From Kiritimatiellia bacterium (lineage in GTDB: Bacteria; Verrucomicrobiota; Kiritimatiellia; UBA8416; YA12-FULL-48-11): a stretch of DNA of 64,000 bases. Position numbers and translations under genes: made by a program. The stretch covers positions 705,005 to 769,004 of the forward strand of contig JAQUPZ010000002.1 of NCBI GenBank assembly GCA_028716365.1, given 5' to 3'. The notes under the pieces were generated by a model. It was not told the DNA's origin. It was given only the letters and a program-made list of their open reading frames with translations, and made no database searches. Positions 59,483 through 64,000 of the stretch are shown here, piece by piece. Within the stretch, counting starts at the first letter, position 1, and each line of letters opens with the position of its first letter.

Positions 59483-61039
59483 CTATTGCAGTTCCGGCGG
59501 TACATTACCATAAGCCCACGGTTTACCTTGCGGTACCATGGCGCGCTCTGGAACCTTGCCCGGCTTCATCCCGCGTGCCAGCTCAAGTCCGGCCTCAACA
59601 AACTGGCGACCGGCAGAAGGTTCCAGATTACTGTAACCGGTCAGACGTGTCTCGTAACCGCCGCCTTTAGGTCCCAACGCTTCCTCGGTTGGTACGTATC
59701 CGCAACAGCCATTGGCAAGTTCAACAGGCCATGTGAACGGGAAAGGCGATGACTTTTTAAGATCCAGACCAAAACGGACAAAAAATTCTGCCGGGTTGGT
59801 GATAAACACTGCCGGACCAACCTGAACAGCCTGTATTTCGATCTCGGCAATTGGTTGTTTCTTAATGATAGCGTCCAGCAATACAATTTCCTTGGCAAAT
59901 GTCCATTCCGTGGCATCTGTTTTTTTGGGGTCCTGCTGAACGATTTCTAAACATTTTTTTACACGTTCCGGAGAAGGAATACGACGCTTGATATTCAGGA
60001 TTTTCGACTTCGCTGCCAACGGTACTTCAATACCCGGTTCAACAGTCAACAACACTTTTGCCGCTTCGGCTCCAATACGACCGCCAACCAGGTGTGCCCA
60101 TTTTTCAGGCGCGGGATTGGCGTGCGGATCAAGGTTGTCCACCTGCGTGACGTCCCCACAACAACCCTGCATGAAAACAACAGGCACATCCGAACCCATT
60201 GCCCCGCGGATTGTCTTTTCAAGATAATAGATCCAGTTCGCAGAAATACCACCCGGACTGGCTGTGGCATGGCAGGCATAATTGACAATGCAACCAAGGA
60301 GTTTTCCGTTCGTATCCCACGCCCCTATGACGCCAACTTCCGGATCGATCGGATCTGCATATTCAACCATGTCGGGATTGTTCTTCCCGGGATGAGTATA
60401 TGTAACACCGCTCTTCATCCTCACACGGCGGTTGTAAGCAACCTTATCTTCAATTCCACGTCCGAACCCACACCGTGCTTCAACGCGTGTATTATTAGCA
60501 ATAACAACGGCAGAGACGATTTGATCAATGACATGCTTTACATAACCCACATCACCACACGAAGACTTTTCATAGGCAAGCTGTTTGACGATCTCCGACG
60601 CGTCATCAAAATCTCCGGGCATGATCATACCGGTTGGACCTGACGAGTGGGAATGCGAGGCGCCGATAAGCACCGATTCAGGCGCAATTCCGCATTTTTC
60701 CTGGATGGCTTTGCGTGCCGCTAATACGTGTGGCCGCATCACGAAAAGAGAATCCACGCCGACCAATGCAACCCTCGTAATTCCATCATCAAAAACCGCT
60801 GCCCGTACTTTACAGGCATCATGAAAAGCACGGTGAAAACTCTTGCCATAACCACCTGGCTGTTCCATGCCGATTGATGGCGTGATATCACACTCGGCAA
60901 ATCCAGCTTTGAGCACTGTTTTCGAATCTGTTGACTTAGCCTGATCGGCAGAAAAACTATTGAACACCGTGCAAAATACGATAAGAACCGCAACACACGA
61001 TATTTTCTGTAATTTATGAAGAATAATCCTGTTGTTCAT
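59483..61039 (-). CDS. Neutral/alkaline ceramidase-like secreted protein
   Basis: Signal peptide. N-terminal domain pattern CDITP...GY...HRAF..C.VRAAVF and GASHSHSSGP resemble Ceramidase_alk. Confidence 0.55.
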   Translation of the reverse strand: MNNRIILHKLQKISCVAVLIVFCTVFNSFSADQAKSTDSKTVLKAGFAECDITPSIGMEQPGGYGKSFHRAFHDACKVRAAVFDDGITRVALVGVDSLFVMRPHVLAARKAIQEKCGIAPESVLIGASHSHSSGPTGMIMPGDFDDASEIVKQLAYEKSSCGDVGYVKHVIDQIVSAVVIANNTRVEARCGFGRGIEDKVAYNRRVRMKSGVTYTHPGKNNPDMVEYADPIDPEVGVIGAWDTNGKLLGCIVNYACHATASPGGISANWIYYLEKTIRGAMGSDVPVVFMQGCCGDVTQVDNLDPHANPAPEKWAHLVGGRIGAEAAKVLLTVEPGIEVPLAAKSKILNIKRRIPSPERVKKCLEIVQQDPKKTDATEWTFAKEIVLLDAIIKKQPIAEIEIQAVQVGPAVFITNPAEFFVRFGLDLKKSSPFPFTWPVELANGCCGYVPTEEALGPKGGGYETRLTGYSNLEPSAGRQFVEAGLELARGMKPGKVPERAMVPQGKPWAYGNVPPELQ

Positions 61040-61175
61040 AGATGCCCTCCTTTGGAATAATCAGCAATTAATAAGGCAAAAGTTCTGTGTGGTTTTATCT
61101 TAAACCAGAAACAACTTCATTTCGCAATGAAAAACATGGAACAAATTGATTTCGGGTTACAACTTCCTCTATTGC

Positions 61176-62192
61176 CTACATTACTCTTAATAAATCGCGG
61201 CGATAAAGTTCATGGATCATATCCACATCCAGTGTATGGCCTGACTTGTAGGAGATAATTTTCCCGGCTAATCGGCCGCGGTCTATAAGTGCAACTGCCG
61301 CCAGGAGATCGAGCGTTGCACGGTGCCACACAGCTTCAAGTGATTTGCCATTATGCACGAGGCCTGGTTTGTTAAAATACCAAAACCGTCCAGCTACAAG
61401 GATATTCTTCGTTGTGTAACCAAGATGCCTTATGTCGGCAAATATCTTTCCTATTGTTTTGACGTAAAGCATCATCAATAGAGTAGTATTTGTCCGGGCA
61501 AGGGCACCATATCTGAATGTTTTTCTGTTAACATCAAACCGTATTCTCTGCCTGCCAATTGCAGATTTAAAATCAATCGCACAATCAATCGACAACTTCC
61601 GCGAACCACCTTCGGCCGGGAGAAACGTGAGAAAACTTCCATTAGGACCGCCAATCGTAACAGGTTCCTTCACCGTGACGTAAACCGCCGGTTTATTCTC
61701 AGTGATTATCTCCGCACGCTCAACAGCTTCGACCAAATCCATACTGCTCCGTTCAAACAATGGCGGATCTCCTGCATCCACCTTTATCATCACATTATCC
61801 AGTCCCATACCGACTTTGAGCGCAATGATATGTTCTACCATACGCATATAGTTGTGAGGCGAACCACTTCTCAACACAATGTTACGTACGGTGGTCCAGA
61901 TGTTATTAACTGAAACCAGTATCGGAAGACCATCAGAAATATCAACACGATCAAGGAACCAGCCGGACTCTCGACTCGGAACAAAAGTTAGTGTTCTTTG
62001 TGCCCGCCCGAAAAACGTACCGGGACCCGTAACTGAAACGGGCTCTCGAATCGTTGTCTGGAATCTATCGTTCTCATCAGCCTCGTCGAGCATTTCCTGG
62101 TCAATGTTCTGTTGTGACCATTTTTCATAGGCTGACTTGATGTCCCCTTCTTCCCCTTTCAGAATAATTCCGTATATTTTCTCGTCTGACAT
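61176..62192 (-). CDS. lpxC: UDP-3-O-acyl-N-acetylglucosamine deacetylase with an N-terminal extension of about 35 aa
   Basis: QTTIREPVSVTGPGTFFG. VEHIIALKVGMGLDN (LpxC EH..AL.G.GIDN motif). C-terminal SYKSGHTLD. Confidence 0.75.
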   Translation of the reverse strand: MSDEKIYGIILKGEEGDIKSAYEKWSQQNIDQEMLDEADENDRFQTTIREPVSVTGPGTFFGRAQRTLTFVPSRESGWFLDRVDISDGLPILVSVNNIWTTVRNIVLRSGSPHNYMRMVEHIIALKVGMGLDNVMIKVDAGDPPLFERSSMDLVEAVERAEIITENKPAVYVTVKEPVTIGGPNGSFLTFLPAEGGSRKLSIDCAIDFKSAIGRQRIRFDVNRKTFRYGALARTNTTLLMMLYVKTIGKIFADIRHLGYTTKNILVAGRFWYFNKPGLVHNGKSLEAVWHRATLDLLAAVALIDRGRLAGKIISYKSGHTLDVDMIHELYRRDLLRVM

Positions 62193-62431
62193 CCCTCTGA
62201 TTACCTTTCCTTTTTGAACAATCTAAACCAAGCAGGAGAATAAAAAAACGAAATTCTTATAAATAAGATCGTATTCATCCTCTATTCATTCCTTGTAAAT
62301 CATCGTACAGCTTTTTCCGGCGATTTGACACAGTCAAGATAGCATTCAGGCGGGAATCGGAATTTCATTTGCAACCACGCAGCAAGTCAACTCCACTGAA
62401 AAAAACCTGTGACAAGGAAATAATTTAATAC

Positions 62432-62761
62432 TTAGCCGGAAAAAACACTTAAGAACTTGTCGAACACAGACTTTTCCATATGTGATATTACATCAAGCTC
62501 TCCGGCATCCAGCCATACACCTTTACATTCAGAACATTCATCAACCTTAATTCCCTTGTAATCAATTTCAATCAGCCGCATCCCGCATTTCGGGCAACAC
62601 ATGCGATGAAGTTCTTTTAAGTGTTTTTTCTCTTCTTTTGCCAGCAGCTTTTGCTTCTCTTCTTCAAGCTTCCGCTTTCTCTCAAATTCCTTCCGGGCAA
62701 TATACGCTTCTTCTTCCTGGATCTTTTGAAATGACATATTTATTCTCCTGTTGTAAACCAA
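62432..62761 (-). CDS. Zinc-ribbon (zf-TFIIB-like) domain protein with a Lys/Glu-rich coiled segment
   Basis: CPKCG...CSECKGVWLDAGELD matches the PF13453-type ribbon. KEFERKRKLEEEKQKLLAKEEKKHLKEL charged helix. Confidence 0.55.
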   Translation of the reverse strand: MVYNRRINMSFQKIQEEEAYIARKEFERKRKLEEEKQKLLAKEEKKHLKELHRMCCPKCGMRLIEIDYKGIKVDECSECKGVWLDAGELDVISHMEKSVFDKFLSVFSG

Positions 62762-62785
62762 ACAATCAACCGCCAGAATAATATC

Positions 62786-63847
62786 TTATCTGCTTCCAGT
62801 GACAAGTCCCCTTATATAAGGAATTTTTATCATTGCCCAGGCAGTCAGAGCAGACCATGAAAACACAGTAATCATCAACAAAACAACCGCCAAATTCGGA
62901 TTGAAAAGTGTACCGGGGAAGCCAACCTCTCCCAGGAACCTGATAAAAAACGGATGCAAAACATAGATGCCAAGAGTCAATGGGGACAAACGAGCAAGAA
63001 TAGTCAATAACCGGTTCTGGTTTAATGTGTACATAAAATAAAAAAGACAAATTGCCATCAGCAACACAAATGGACTGAATGAACCGAAAAACCAGTGGAT
63101 TATCCCCCATTTACCTGCCTTCCCTGCCAGTAAAAAAACAGTTAACAAAAGAATTGCACCGGAAAGAAAAAACATGCCCAGGGAAAACCAGCCAATCTTC
63201 CGGTCACTGACCACTTTTTTGAGTTCATAACCAAGAAGATAGTAAGGAATAAATGGCACAAAAAGTACCAGAATACTCTGCTTTTGCCATCGGGGCTGAA
63301 GTTCCCCTGCCAGAAACCAGCAACTTGCAATAATGAAGAGGGCGAAAATAATAAAGGTTCGAACTGGTCTTGATACCATCCTGACATAACCGCACAAAAA
63401 AGGAGTAACCAGATACAAACCAGCTATCATATAAAGAAACCAAAGATGATAATATGGTACTCCGCGCCACAAATCTGCAAGTAGCTGCTTTGAGGAAAAG
63501 GCCGGCTCGGAAACAAACCGGATTATAATATATAAAATCGTCCAGAAAACAATCTGCAGAAAAAAACGGACCCGTCTTAGCAAAAAACCTGAAGCATTCT
63601 TATGGCACGGCCGTTCAAGGAACAAACTGCCACTGATCATCACAAACAAGGCAACACAGGATGCAATTAGAATCATGACAATATTTGCCGTCCACCAAAG
63701 TGACAAACGTGTATTGAACAGGTAATTCAGAACCGGTGCGACAACATGCAGAGATACCACGCCAAAACAAGCCATGACTCGCAATGCATCAATCCACACC
63801 AGTCGGTCTGATTTACCGTATTTTAACACATTGCTGTCAGCATCCAT
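62786..63847 (-). CDS. Acyltransferase family 3 (OafA/OatA-like) membrane protein
   Basis: About 10 TM helices. N-terminal RLVWIDALRVMACFGVVSLHV is typical of the AT3 family. Confidence 0.7.
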   Translation of the reverse strand: MDADSNVLKYGKSDRLVWIDALRVMACFGVVSLHVVAPVLNYLFNTRLSLWWTANIVMILIASCVALFVMISGSLFLERPCHKNASGFLLRRVRFFLQIVFWTILYIIIRFVSEPAFSSKQLLADLWRGVPYYHLWFLYMIAGLYLVTPFLCGYVRMVSRPVRTFIIFALFIIASCWFLAGELQPRWQKQSILVLFVPFIPYYLLGYELKKVVSDRKIGWFSLGMFFLSGAILLLTVFLLAGKAGKWGIIHWFFGSFSPFVLLMAICLFYFMYTLNQNRLLTILARLSPLTLGIYVLHPFFIRFLGEVGFPGTLFNPNLAVVLLMITVFSWSALTAWAMIKIPYIRGLVTGSR

Positions 63848-63853
63848 CAGTAG

Positions 63854-64000
63854 TTACTTTCTCTTTCTTGCCAGAATATTACCTGTGATCGGATATTCCC
63901 TCACTATTTCCACGCTCTTTTTCAACAGCTCTTCCCTGTCATCAGGCCTGACATAATAATAGTCATACTCCCCCTTGATCCCATCCCTCGTAACAATCGG
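63854..64000 (-). CDS. 3' end of an unidentified gene that runs off the window (…PIVTRDGIKGEYDYYYVRPDDREELLKKSVEIVREYPITGNILARKRK*)
   Basis: Open frame to the window edge, ending at TAA 63854-63856. Confidence 0.3.
   Translation of the reverse strand, partial: PIVTRDGIKGEYDYYYVRPDDREELLKKSVEIVREYPITGNILARKRK

Overview
The window is a 64-kb chromosomal segment with about 45% GC. It is probably from a PVC-superphylum bacterium (Verrucomicrobia, Lentisphaerae or Kiritimatiellae). The clues are an H-X9-DG DUF1559 fragment, sulfatase and GH127-like genes, Tat-secreted hydrolases and a BNR propeller protein. Most of the window is housekeeping. It includes surE, an HTH-EIIA/addB-like/addA operon, glyQS, larB and larC, nadK, tlyA, dxs, an M3 peptidase with oppABC, the gap-pgk-tpiA-secG operon, lptF/G, pilT and lpxC. 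I found no rRNA, tRNA or CRISPR arrays. Five regions deserve a closer look. (1) An insertion hotspot between larB and larC at about 14.85-22.4 kb. It contains a 58-65% GC island with a gltP-like transporter, a 950-aa secreted protein and a 152-aa secreted protein. The two secreted proteins share a duplicated promoter/leader/signal-peptide module. The hotspot also holds an IS91-like transposase fragment, a DUF1559 pseudogene and a four-helix-bundle (Avd/IVS-type) gene with short inverted repeats on both sides. All of this sits between two direct copies of about 270 bp of the larC 5' end. (2) An acpXL/lpxXL-like cluster (SDR, KAS, ACP, LpxL-family acyltransferase, HAD) next to LPS transport genes. 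(3) A degradative locus (1140-aa secreted protein, SGNH esterase, 13-Asp-box BNR propeller, Tat-metallophosphoesterase, neutral-ceramidase-like protein) that suggests glycan or glycosphingolipid catabolism. (4) A hybrid histidine kinase, response regulator, standalone cNMP-binding protein, outer membrane protein and lipoprotein module. The kinase stop codon overlaps a YeaQ/GlsB-like small membrane gene that carries an in-frame TGA. (5) Tandem paralogous small membrane proteins next to a secreted C39-like cysteine peptidase. All calls rest on sequence motifs read by eye. No database searches were run.
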